NCBI GenBank assembly: GCA_002104905.1
Contig: MCFE01000068.1
Location: forward strand, 62,001-126,000
Direction of reading: 5' to 3'
DNA length: 64,000 bases
From: Basidiobolus meristosporus CBS 931.73
Taxonomy: Eukaryota; Fungi; Basidiobolomycota
The notes beneath the pieces were generated by a model. It was given only the letters and a program-made list of their open reading frames with translations, made no database searches and was not told the origin of the DNA. Numbering within the stretch: position 1 is the stretch's first letter; each line of letters starts with the position of its first letter. Both the position numbers and the translations under genes were made by a program. Shown piece by piece: positions 25,739 through 39,086 of this stretch.

Positions 25739-28729
25739 GCGCCTAGCAAGATGGAGTACAAAATTGTTACAGTTGTGGCAGAGATTTACACTTTCAGCTT
25801 TACATTTGTAGTATAGCCACTCAAGTCATATCACTAACCCTTTGCACAAAAGCTGCACGTGCACCATGTTGGCATTGGTGATCAATTCTGGAAAAATATC
25901 TTGCAATGACTACATATGATTCCAAAATGCTTCCAATGTGTATTTGGTAAAATGGCTTCAGAATGCCACATGAATAAATACATATGCATCTCATCTAATC
26001 ATTGTATTTGTATTGTTGCATATGTGTATGAATGTTGACTAGAGCCTGTGAGAAGTGCTTAGAGTAGCAAATATTCTTCAATATTTTGCCAATTCTTTCA
26101 AATTTCTCCATGATCTAAAGGGCTCATATAGCTTGAGATGCCCCATGTACAACTTGGTTGTTAGTATAGAAATCTTGTTGAAAAGCAAATGCAATGCTCC
26201 CAGTAGAAATCTTTTGCTCCAATGGATACCTTCTATCTTAAGTAAGTATTGGGACAGTCTCTAGGTCATATGTTAGAGCCACATGATAGTTGTCCATTAA
26301 AACCATGTAAATGGTATGTTGCATCCCAGGATGATTTTGGCAAGAAGTAGTAGTAAATCCTCAAAGCTCCCATTACTGATATCAGTGGAAATGTGCCACT
26401 TTTCTAGCCACAACAGCGCATCATTCTTCAGTAGAAAAATTACTGGGCTCACTTACATCCATAAAGTATCCTTGGTATTTTTTTCCATAGTTGTTGTTAT
26501 TGCACAATGGGATTGTGCTGGGCTCATTCAGGGTACTGTTGTTGGCAAAGATGGGATCATATTCCATCAGTGAGCATGCTTTTTCAGAGCTATCATACTG
26601 CATGCCATATTAAGAAGGCTGGGGTGAGCCTAAAGGCATCACAAACTCACCTGGCTCAGATTGCAAAAGGTGACAAGTACAGCCAGGGGCTATTATACAA
26701 ATTTCAGGTGCCAGCAATATATTGTTGGTACAGTAGGGACAGGTGAATAGTCACATATGACTTGTGTAGCAAGACACTGGCTGTGATCCTTGTAGTACTT
26801 TGTATGCTGTCTGCACACTTCATGGCTGAGAGGCATACTACAATAGCCACATGGTCTTTTTTCTCTTCACTTATGGTGTGAAATCAAAGAAGTCTTATCC
26901 ATGGAGCTATCAGCTTGACACTCAAGAATGCAACACAGTTATACCACTTTTTGTCAATACTCATGTAAGTTTAAGACAGTCTTATATTGAGACATTGCAC
27001 CTATATGAATATAAGATTCAATGATGAAATATATATTCTGCCAAGAAATAAAATAAAGTTGCCTGGTTCCCAACCAAACCCCACAGCTGACAGCAGCAGA
27101 AGAATGGTTGGACAAAAGCTTGCTTTCACATTCAGTGCAACAAGTAGGGCTACATTCAACAAAGGCCCTGTGGACAGGGTGCCCACCAAAGGTTATAGTG
27201 TGGACTCCCCAGGCTCTCAGTTAAGTAGGCAATCAGGAATCTCTGTAGAGCCGCAAGCTGACCATAATGCTGAGGCATATATGAATGTTGCAATAGCAAT
27301 ACCTGCAGTTGCAGACCATCAAGTGGCCATCAGAATATCACCACCACCTATATTAGCAAGTATGCTGCCAGTTCATATCACAGTATAAATGAGGCAATTA
27401 GGTGCAGTGGCTTATAGGATCATTGGAATGGCCAAGAGAAATCAGGAAATAGTCCAGAAACAGGATAAGCAAATAAAAGGTGCAGAGAAGTCAGTATTCC
27501 AGGTAGAGAAAGCAGCATCTTTGCTGCAATGAAGGAACCCAAGTAGCTTAATATCAGAGCCAATAATTGAGGCATTTCTCAATGTAACAGCAGAGGAACA
27601 CCATACAGTCTTTGAAGCATAGCAACAGTGCCAAAAGACAAAGCCCCACAGAAAAGCCTGACACAGCATAGGAGGGTGAAAGTGTTGTATCCATACTATT
27701 GCCTAAAAATCAAAAGATATTTAAGATATGTAAGACCAAAACAGCTGTTTTCTCAAGTGCTGGAAGCACAGCTAGTTGAGCTACACTCAAGTGAGGTAGA
27801 AGAGACTGGAGAGAAAAGCATTTTGTCTACCACTTCTTCCAGGTCCTCCATTGCAGACAGATTGGAGATCCCACTGAATGACAAAGTAAAATTGTCAAGA
27901 ACTCCAAAGGTTAGCATCAATGCCTATAGTGTAATTATGGGACATTAATAGGCGTTCTAAGAAGCCCAACCTTACATTCAAAAAGTAACTCCATTTAAAT
28001 CCACCAATCAATAAGTATTTCTGCTGTAATGCTCTGTTTCCATGACTTTGGCAGGAACCCAATGGATTTATGCCACTGTTCATTCACTGGTTTCCTTATA
28101 TCCTGGTCCTCAGCCAGCACTGCAAGGTCTAGCATCTTATCTGCCAGTCTTTGCAATAAATCCTAAAGTTACTCAAGTTTGTTTTCTTATGCACTGCTCT
28201 TGAAGAAGTACTGGAACCTCTTGGTGTGCCTGTTAATGTTCCAAACTCCACTGAAGGCATTGTGATTGTCTTGTAAGCTGTTGACATTATTGTCTTGTCT
28301 GTTGGTGAGATCTCCTCTGTGTCAAAAATGGACAATGTGAAGGATGTGGTAGACAAATTACCTTTTTGTGCTAAGTCATCTACCTTGCTGGAGTGTAGCT
28401 TGACTGGCTTCACTTTCAACTCTTGCCCTATGAAAAATTATTGAGATGATCCTGTCAAAAAGCCATCACAAAGTTAAAGTCCTGTGACTAAGAGGTACTG
28501 ATCCCATCAGGATACCATCCACAGACCGTGGCAAAATAATTGCACCCCAGATTTCACAAAAAACTTAGTCAACTTTTCATCACAACCATGTATAAGTGGC
28601 TTTTGATTGGTTCCCTGCCAATTTGCTCACTTTCTGATCCTGGACACTCTATTGCCTCCTACACTTGTGTCCATTGATTGACTATTGCCTCTTTTTCACA
28701 CTCCTTACTTCCTGACTCAACTGTTTCTC

Positions 28730-30110
28730 TTACTTTTATGCGTACAAATTGATTTATATCCATTGAAACTTTAGTTATATTTCAATTGCCAATTGTATTG
28801 ACCTATGCAAGTCTCTATACCCTACACTAACATTAAGCCTAACCCCACACTCAACAAGTAACTCCATTAAAATCCACCACTTGTCAAGTATTTCTGCTGT
28901 AATGCTCTGGTTCCACAGCTTTAGAAGTAACCCAATGGCTTTATGCCACTGTTCATTCACTGGTTCCCACACATCCTGGTCTTCAGCCACCACTGCAAGG
29001 TCTAGCACCTCATCTGCCAGTCTTTGCATTGAATCCTTGCAATATTCCAGTGTGTTTTTCTTGTGTAATGCTCTTGAAGAAGTGCTACAACCTCTTGGTG
29101 TGCCTGTTAGAGCTCCAACATTCCACTGAAGGCATTGTGATAGACTTTCAAGCTCTTAACATTGTAGCTTTGTCTCTCAGTGGGATCTCCACTCTGTTAA
29201 CAGCAGAGGATGTATAGGCTGTGGCTGTGACAGGTTTTATTGTGGACTTTATCTTTGGGCACTGTTGTTGTGCTTCAAAGACTGTATGGTGTTCATCTGC
29301 TGTTTCATTGGGAAATGGCTCCATTCATGACTGTGACATTGAGCTACTTAAGTTCCTTCTTTGTGTCAAAGATACTGCTTCTCTACCTGAGATATTGGTT
29401 GCATTACACATATTATCTGCTCATCCTGTTTCTGGACTATTTTCTGATTTCTCTAGGCCATTGCATCTATCCTGTCAGCGACTGCACCTAATTGCTTCAT
29501 TAATGCTTTGGTGTGAGTAGACAACATACTTGCTAATATGGGTGGTGGTTTTGTTACATTGGGAAATGGCTCAATTCTTGGCTGTGACATTTAGCTACTT
29601 GAGTTCCTTCTTTGCAGCAAAGATACTGCTTTCTCTATGTGGGGCATTGATTGCTCTACATGTATCATCCATTCATCCTGTTTCTGGACTATTTCCTGAC
29701 TTCTCTGGGCCATTGCATCTATCCTATCATCTACTACACCTAATTGCTTCATTAATGCTTTGGTATGAACTGACAACATACTTGCTAATATGGGTGGTGG
29801 TGATTTTATGACAGCCACTTGCTGGTCTTCAACTGAGGGTACTGCCTTTGCTACATTCTTATTTGCCTGAGCATAATGGTCAGCTTGTGGCTCTGCAGAG
29901 GTTCTCAATTGCCTACTCGACTGAGTGCCAGAGGAGTCTGTATTTATTACCTTCAATGGGCACACTGTCCATAGAACCTTTTGTGGATGTAGCCTTGCTT
30001 GTTGCACTGAATGTCAAAACAAGCTGTTGCCCAACTGTTCCTCAGTTGCCATCAGAGGTGGGGTTTGGCTGGGAACCAGACAATATTACTATATTTTTTG
30101 GCATCATATA
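28730..30110 (-). pseudogene. CMC ORF2 with central deletion and about 250-bp duplication
   Basis: ORFs 28775-29029, 29591-30007 and neighbours match the 865-2723 protein. Confidence 0.75.
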
Positions 30111-32248
30111 TATGGAAGTGAGTCAAACCCAAGGGGAAAAAGTGTTACATATTTGTGTGTATGTGGTGCCACAACTTTATTAATTTTCCCACCCAAGTTA
30201 TATTTGATCATGCATTGGTCACTACTGTACTAACATTATCTTGCTGGCCAGTTGACACTTCTATATTGGCACCTGGCCATCTTTATCACCTTGCGCAAAC
30301 TGAGTCAGGTGAGTTTGTGATGACTGAGGCTCACCTCAGCCTTCTGAATTTGGCATGCAGAGTGATAGCTCTGACAAATAAGGTTCACTGATGGATTTTG
30401 ATCCTATCTCCCCTGACAGTAGTACCATGTATGAGCCCAGTCAAATCCCTATATGCAATGAGACAATACCTGTTGAAACAAATGCCATGGATACTTTATG
30501 GAGCCAAGTGAGCACAATAATCCATCTACCTGTGAATGATGTAATGTGGTGGCTAGAGAAGTGCTGCGTTTCCACTAATATCAGCAATGTAGGTTTTGAG
30601 GATTAATTAAAACTTCTTGCCAAAGTTGTACCAGGGTGCAGCTTACTATGTACATGGTACAAGTGGACAACCATCATGTGGCTGGCAACATATGATCCAG
30701 AGAATGTCCTGATTCCAGCATTTGTTAACAGTTGCATGGCATTCACATCCAAAAAGGCTATTATTGCAACATGTTCAAATTATAAGAAATCCACCACCAT
30801 TGAGGGAAAACACTGTTCACACTCTTGGTATATTTCAGTCACACCCTGTCTGAGGAAGCTGATGCAGTTCAACAAATATTGCAAAGCTATAAAGTACTGC
30901 ACTCAATATCAATCAAGCACAAGCATTTCCACTATATGTGATGGCTAACATAACAGACAGCTAAGAAGCAAGGGCTACTTTGAAGGTATGTATGACCATG
31001 CCTTTGCTTTAGCACCTGATGGATACTCATTAAACAAATACTCTACCAGTTAATTCTGCTGGCCACTGATTCTCATTATTCTGAATCTGGCACCCATTGT
31101 ACAGTATCAGGGCAATAATCTGATGGTAGTCTCACTGGTATCTAGTCCTAAATCACTGTCCAACCTGGATAGCTACCTGTATCCATTGCTGGATAAAGTT
31201 TGTATGCTTTCCAATGGGATAACAGTAAGTGGCTGTTGTGTAAAAGCACATATTTTTATCTGCATTGGATATACCCTAGCCATAAGTAAGATAGCTGGTA
31301 CTTCCAGGCACAATGGACATTATTGTGGTCAAATGTGTGAAATCCAGGAGATTTACTCCATAATTCACACACATTATTATTAACCAAACACTAGCACTAA
31401 TAACATCATCTTTCCACAGTGAGAACATACAGAAGTCAGCATATAATTGCAGCAAAGTTGGCAAGCTATAAGCCATTTGGCCAGAATATGGAATCAATTG
31501 GCAAATGGATATACTTAGGATAGAGGGTATCTACTGGAGCAAAAGCTTTCCACTGTGATCAATGCATTTGCTTTTCAACAATGTCCATACACCAATAATT
31601 GAGTTATACATGGGGCATTTCAAGCTAAATAAGCCCTTTGAGATACCAGAGAAATTTGAAAGAATTGGCAAGATATTATAGAGTATCCACTACCCTAAGT
31701 ACTTCTCACAGGCTCCAATTAATATTCATATGCATATGCAGCAATGCCAATACAAAGACTGGATGAGCCGGATATGTATTCATTCAAGTGGTATTCTGCA
31801 TTCATTCCTAACAAGAGTACATTGGAAGAATTGGGAGTCATATGTAGACATTGTATGAATATTTATCCAGGAGTGGATCTGTTGCAATTTAAGAAGTGAT
31901 TTGGATATAAGGAACTTATCAAGAAATAGTGCTAATAGTTGAACTGTTACTTATTCATAAAGAAGCTCAGTATTTATACCTTTGTAGAAGTAATACAGCT
32001 GCAACACTAAGTAGGGAGGGTTTCTCAATATTCAGGAGCATTCTGCTACAGTTTCAGGGTTAGTACATAATGTTTGGTAATAGTGCTAATTTGATCCTGA
32101 TTATAGGGGAATAATCATAAGATCATGTATCTGGGGAAAGTGGCAAAGTTAAGGCAGTAAATGAGTCCTACAGTGACTAAGACTAGTCTAGAATTGTTGA
32201 GTAAATTTTTAGCTGCTGGATGATACCAAATAGTCCAATATTTCAGCA

Positions 32249-35191
32249 CTCCCCCTCAACTATATAATTTCTTAATCCCAATTTCTCTCTAAGGATCTCA
32301 AACTGTGGCCTAACTAGTGGTTTTGCCAATATGTCTGCCACCATTTTGTCAGTTGGGCAGTAAACCAGCTCCACTAAGTTATTTTCTACAGCTTCCCTCA
32401 CAAAGTGATGCTGTATATCAATGTGCTTAGTTCTGGCATGATTAGTAGGATTTCTAGCTAATGAAATACATCTTTGATTATCCTTGTGAATACATGTTGG
32501 TTCACCTGAATTAAAACCTAAGTCTTTGAATAGTTTTTGTAGCCATATAGCCTCCTTGGTTGTTTGACATGCAGCATATATTTGGCTTCAGTTGTAGATA
32601 GTGCCACAGTTGGTTGCTTTTTGCAATTCCAAGTAATAGCTGCACCAGCATAAAGAAATACATAGCCTGTGGTTGAGCAACTGTCAATCAGATCCCTACC
32701 CCAATCTAAATCACTATAACCATCAAATTTTTGCCTATTAGCTGCTCCAGAGTATTCCAGTACCATATTTATGGTACCTTATAGATATCTGAAAATCTGC
32801 TTAACTGCTGCAATTTGATCTGATCCATAATTCTACACAAATTGACTGACTATTCCAACTGCTACTGCAGTATCTGGATGTGTAGACACCATCAAGTACA
32901 TTAGGCTACCTACCATTGATTGATAGGGAAAGTTTTGGTCCATATTTGAGCTGTTTTCATCTATAACTGGCTGAGATTTGCTTAATTTCAGGTTATTGTC
33001 CATAGGGGTTGCTGCAGGTTGCAATTTTCCATTTTGAAGCGTCTAAGAATGTCCCTGATGTACTTACACTGATTCAGCACAATTTTCTGCGTAGGTATGT
33101 CAAATTTATCTCAATTCCAAGAAATTAGCTCAATTTTCCAAGATCTTTCATCTGAAACTTGCTGAAGAGATATAATTTTGTCTGTTTAAGTGCCTTCTGA
33201 TCACTTGTAGCTATGATTAGGTCGTCCACATAAAGAACTAGGATGAACACACCCTTTTTGAGCTGTTTCACATATATACTGTGATCTCCAGTGCTACAAG
33301 AGAGCCCAATTTCCTCTAGATATGTGTCAATCTTGTTATACCATGCTCTGGATGCCTGCTTAAGCCCATACAACAATTTTCTAAGTTTGCACACCTTATG
33401 GGGGCTTTTGGATTGGTAAAACCTTCTGGTTGCTCCATATATATAGTTTCTTTCAAATCCCCATTTAGAAAGGCTGTTTTGACATCCATTTGGTGTAGAT
33501 CTAGACTTTGTACAGCTGCCAAGGCTAGAACTGTCCTAATAGAGTTAAACTTGGCAACCGGAGCAAATGTTTCCTTAAAGTCTAGTCCCTGGATGTGGGA
33601 ATAGCCTTTAGCTACCAATCTGGCCTTTTTCTTATCAACGGCACCATTTGAGGTTATCTTGATCTTGTAGACCCATCTACATCCTATTGGCTTTCTCCCA
33701 TTTGGTAAATCTACCAGTTCCCACATTTTTGCCTTGATCAGTAATTGGTACTCCTCCTGCATGGCTTGTTGCCACATAGTAGCATCTGGACCTTGCATTG
33801 CCTGTTCCAGACTCTGAGGTTTGGCACATAAGGCAAGATAAGCTTCATTATGATCATTGGATGTCTGCCACCAGGATCCAGGGGCATTTTGTATTCTGAT
33901 AGATCTTCTAACTGGGATAATCTGTTCTGATCCGGAACTGGTAGAAGTATCTTCCATCTCTGGCTGGATTTGGTACATATCTTCTTCATTTGTGTTGATT
34001 GCATCATCAGGCAGCTGGCCAATGATTTCTGTGGCTTACTGATCTGAATTGTCCTCAAATACAACGTCCCTGCTCTTGATCAGCTTCTGAATTTTGCCAT
34101 CATACACTCTATACCCTTTAGTATCCCCACAATACCTAAGAAAGATCCCTTTCCTACTCTTTGGTTCTAACTTTGAGAGTTTTTTTTCAGGGATGTGATA
34201 AAAAACGTCACTGCCAAAGATCCTGAGGTGCTGGAGATCTGGTTTTTTGCCTGTAGATGCTTCAAGGGGTGCAGAATTATGTAGTGAAGTTGTTGGGCAT
34301 CTGTTCTTGATGTATACAGCGGTATCAACAGATTCAGCCCAAACCTTGTAGTCCATTCCCTTATCATGTAGCATAGATCTTCCCATCGCTACTATTGTTC
34401 TATTTGCATGTTCTGCTACCCCATTTTGCTGTGGAGTATGAGGAACTGTGGTCTGTTGAAGTATACCAGTAGACAAGCAGTATTTTGCAAACTCCTTTGA
34501 GCAGTATTCTCCTCCATTGTCACTTTGCAGTACCTTCAATTTACACCCAGTCTGCGTTTCTGCCATGTTCTTGAGGTGCTTAAACATTTCTAAAGCTTCA
34601 TCCTTTGTTTTGAGGAAGTACACCAATGTATATCTCATCTTGTCATCAATAAACATCATAGAGTATCTCTTGGCTCCAGAGGACAGTGTCTTCATGGGGC
34701 AACATATGTCTGAGTGTACAATAGCCAATATTTTGGTGATATTGATGCCTTCTCAGCTCTTGAAACGTTGCCGAGCTTGTTTGCCATATGAACATCCCTT
34801 ACCAACATTCAATTTGATCGAAATTGAGTATTTTAGGCCCAAAACAAGCTGATTTCTCACCAATTGGCTCATTTTCTGTTCCCCTATGTGTCCTAGCCTC
34901 CTATGCCATGTCTCCCAGTTGGTTTCATCAGTTTCAGCAATGTTGACATACTCAGGTACAATGATCTTGCATTGTAACTTGCATAAATTGTGATCTCTGA
35001 TTCCTGAGGTTAATTTTTGTTCATTTTCACTCAATATTGAGCAGCTCAGCTTAGTTAAAACAAATTTTAGTCCCTGAGTAGTTGCTTTACTGACTAAGAG
35101 TAGGTTCTTAGCTATTCCAGGTACATAGAGTATGTCAGTCAGTTTTGCTGTTGTTGCCCCTGAGTTATCACTCATATTTGGTTGTATAGAC
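32249..35191 (-). pseudogene. copia-A pol (mid-PR to RNase H), 5' part missing
   Basis: ORFs 34753-35199, 34036-34728, 33316-33978, 33125-33394 and 32518-32766. Confidence 0.9.
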
Positions 35192-35560
35192 TGTTGCAAT
35201 TTAAGAAGTGATTTGGATATAAGGAACTTCTCAAGAAATAGTGATAATAGTTGAACTGTTGTTTACTCATAAAGACGCTCAGTATTTGTACCTTTGTAGA
35301 AGTAATACAGCTGCAACACTAAGTAGGGAGGGTTTCTCAATATTCAGGAGCATTCTGTAACAGTTTCAGGGTTAGTACATAATGTTTGGTAATAGTGCTG
35401 ATTTGATCCTGACTATAGGGGAATAATCATAAGATCATATATCTGGAGAAAGTGGTGAAGTTAAGGCAGTAAATGAGTCCTACAGTGACTAAGACTAGTC
35501 TAGAATTGTTGAGTAAGTTTTTAGCTGCTGGATGATACCAAATAGTCCAATATTTTAACA

Positions 35561-38500
35561 CTCCCCCTCAACTAAATAATTTCTTAATCCCAATTTCTCT
35601 CTAAAGATCTCAAACTGTGGCCTAGATAGTGGTTTTGTCAATATGTCTGCCACCATTTTGTCAGTTGGGCAGTAAACCAGCTCCACTAAGTTATTTTCTA
35701 TAGCTTCCCTCACAAAGTGATGCTGTATATCAATGTGCTTAGTTCTGGCATGATTAGTAGGATTTCTAGCTAATGAAATACATCTTTGATTATTCTTGTG
35801 AATACATGTTGGTTCACCTGAATTAAAACCTAAGTCTTTGAATAATTTTTGTAGCCATATAGCCTCCTTGGTTGCTTGACATGCAGCATATATTTGGCTT
35901 CAGTTGTAGATAGTGCCACAGTTGGTTGTTTCTTGCAATTCCAAGTAATAGCTGCACCAGCATAAAGAAATACATAGCCTGTGGTTGAGCGTCTGTCAAC
36001 CAGATCCCTACCCCAATCTGAATCACTATAACCATCAAATTTTTGCCTATTAGCTGCTCCAGAGTATTCCAGTACCATATTTATGGTACCTTGTAAATAT
36101 CTGCAAATCCACTTAACTGCTGCAATTTGATCTGATCCATAATTCTGCATGAACTGACTGACTATTCCAGCTGCTACTGCAATATCTTGGCGTGTAGACA
36201 CCTATACTGTGATCTGCAGTGCTACAAGAGAACCCAATTTCCGCTAGATATGTGTCAATCTTGTTATACCATGCTCTGGGTGCCTGCTTAAGCCCATACA
36301 ACAATTTTCTAAGTTTGCACACCTTATGGGGGCTTTTTGGATCGGTATAACCTTCTGGTTGCTCCATATATATAGTTTCTTGCAAATCCCCATTTAGAAA
36401 GGCTGTTTTGACGTCCATTTGGTGTAGATCTAGACTTTGTACAGCTGCCAAGGCTAGAACTGTCCTAATAGAGTTAAACTTGGCAACCGGAGCAAATGTT
36501 TCCTTAAAGTCTGGTCCCTGGATGTGGGAATAGCCTTTAGCTACCAATCTGGCCTTTTTCTTATCAACAGCACCATTTGAGGTTATCTTGATCTTGTAGA
36601 CCCATCTACATCCTATTGGCTTTCTCCCATTTGGTAAATCTGCCAGTTCCCATGTTTTTGCCCTGATCAGTGATTGGTACTCCTCCTGCATGGCTTGTTG
36701 CTACTTAGTAGCATCTGGACCTTGCATTGCCTGTTCCAGATTCTGAGGTTCGGCACATAAAGCAAGGTAAGCTTCTTCATGATTATTGGATGTCTGCCAC
36801 CAGGATCCAGGGGAATTTCTTATTCTGGTAGATCTCCTGACTGGGATAATCTGTTCTGATCTGGAACTGGTAGAAGTATCTTCCATCTCTGGCTGGATTT
36901 GGTACGTATCTTCTTCATTTGTGTTGATTGCATCATCAGGCAGCTGGCCAATGATTTCTGTGGCTTTCTGATCTGAATTCGCCTCAAATACAACGTCCCT
37001 GCTCTTGATCAGCTTCTGAATTTTGCCATCATACACTCTATACCCTTTAGTATCTTCACAATACCCAAGAAAGATCCCTTTTCTACTCTTTGGTTTTAAC
37101 TTTGAGAGTTTTTTTGTCAGGGATGTGATAAAAAACATCACTGCAAAAGATCCTGAGGTGCTGGAGATCTGGTTTTTTGCCTGTACATGTTTCAAAGGGT
37201 GTAGAATCATGTAGTGAAGTTGTTGGGCATCTGTTCTTGATGTATACAGGGGTAGCAACAGATTCAGCCCAAAACTTGTAGTCCATTCCCTTATCATGTA
37301 GCATAGATCTTCACATCTCTACTATTGTTCTATTTGCACGTTCTGCTACTCCATTTTGCTGTGGAGTATGAGGAACTGTGGTCTGTTGAAGTATACCAGT
37401 AGACAAGCAGTATTTTGCAAACTCCTTTGAGCAGTATTCTCCTCCATTGTCACTTCGCAGTAGCTTCAATTTACACCCAGTTTGTGTTTCTGCCATGTTC
37501 TTGAAGTGCTTGAACATCTCTAAAGCTTCATCCTTTGTTTTGAGGAAGTACACCCATGTATATCTTGTCTTGTCATCAATAAACGTCATAGAGTATCTCT
37601 TGGCTCCAGAGGACAGTGTTCTCATGGGGCCACATATGTCTGAGTGTACAATAGCCAATTTTTCGGTGGTATTGATGCCTTCTGAGCTCTTGAAACGTTG
37701 CCTAGCTTGTTTGCCATATGAACATCCCTTACAAACATTCAATTTGATCGGAATTGAGTATTTTAGGCCCAAAACAAGCTGATTTCTCACCAATTGGCTC
37801 ATTTTCTGTTCCCCTATGTGTCCTAGCCTCCTATGCCACGTCTCCCAGTTGGTTTCATCAGTTTCAGCAATGTTGACATACTCAGGTACAATGATCTTGC
37901 ATTGTAACTTGTATATATTGTGATCTCTGATTCCCAAAGCTAATTTTTGTCCATTTTCACTCAATAGTGAGCAGCTCAGCTTAGTAAAAACAAATTTCAG
38001 TCCCTGAGTAGTTGCTTTACTGACTGAGAGTAGGTTCTTAGCTATTCCAGGTACAAAGAGTACGTCAGTCAGTTTTGCTGTTGTTGCCCCTGAGTTATCA
38101 CTCATATTTAGTTGTATAGACCCACTGGTGGTAGCTTCCAATGCAGAGTTATCTCCCAGATAAACCTTTCTTACGGGAATAGTCTTTAAGTTGCTGAACC
38201 AATCCTTTATACCACAAATATGCTGTGATGCTCCAGAGTCAATATAACATTCATTACTTTGGTTACTTGCACTCTCTTGTACAGTTACAAACAACTGTTC
38301 TTCAGTAATTATATGGTTTGCCTGCTCTAGCTTCTGTTTTTTGTCTGCTTGTTTCTTCTTGCATTCTCTTGCCCAGTGTCCTGGCTACTTACAGTAGGTA
38401 CAGCAGCCAGGTTTTCTTTGGTTTTGTTGCTTTCCCTTCTTTTTTGTATGCCTTTCTGAACTGAATAAAGCATTATCTTCAATTTTCTCTGCTTGATCAT

Positions 38501-39086
38501 TACGTCTGAGTTCTTCATGGAGAAGTCTTCCTTTGACATAGTCTAAAGTCAAGTTGTCTTCTCTGCTTTCAAAAGCAGGTATAAGTGGCTCATACTTGTA
38601 TGGTAGGCTGCAAAGCAGATAGAGTATCTTTTCTTCATCATCTACACCAGCATTAATACTGTAAAGTTCTTCTGCAAGTGTCTCCATTCTGGTAATGAGT
38701 TGTAGCATGTCATCATCTGGCTTCTTCCTCATGTTGAAGAACTTTTGTTTCAAATACAGCTTGCTTGATACTGACTTTGCTCCAAAGATCTTCTCTAAGG
38801 ATTCCCATGCTGCTTTGGCAGTATTTGAGGCATGGATTTGTCCAAAGAAGGAGTCTTGCACATTGATGCATATGGCATTGAAGGCCTTTCTCTCCTTCTC
38901 TTGAAGCTACTCCACATCTTCTGCTGTTCCTTTGGGCTCAACTTCCTTTCCTGTTACTGTGTTCCAAAGGTTTCTTTCCTCAAGATGGATCTGCATCTTG
39001 ATTCTTCAAAGTCTGTAGTTCTTCCCATCAAACCTCTCCTTTACAGGGAAGATGTTGGTATTGCTTTGTTTGCTGGTAGGAGTCAT
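35561..39086 (-). pseudogene. copia-A gag-pol, least decayed copy (one gag stop, RT deletion near 36200, RNase H frameshift)
   Basis: gag 38385-39086; continuous 327-aa PR-GAGpre-IN ORF 37311-38294 (YIDSGASQH, HRRLGH, CKGC, VHSDICGP, LRSDNGGEY, QQNGVAER); RT 36113-36691. Confidence 0.92.

Larger units (their letters stand above)
22473..27740 (-). mobile_element. CMC copy (transposase on minus with internal deletion, ORF2 5' part on plus), hosting two LTR insertions
   Basis: Starts CCCTATGAAAACTAACTTGG (22473). Transposase homology runs through 27000; ORF2 start region 27040-27740. Confidence 0.8.

Noticed and set aside
37311-38294. Active autonomous copia element
   Set aside because: The same copy has a gag stop near 38910, an RT deletion near 36200 and an RNase H frameshift.
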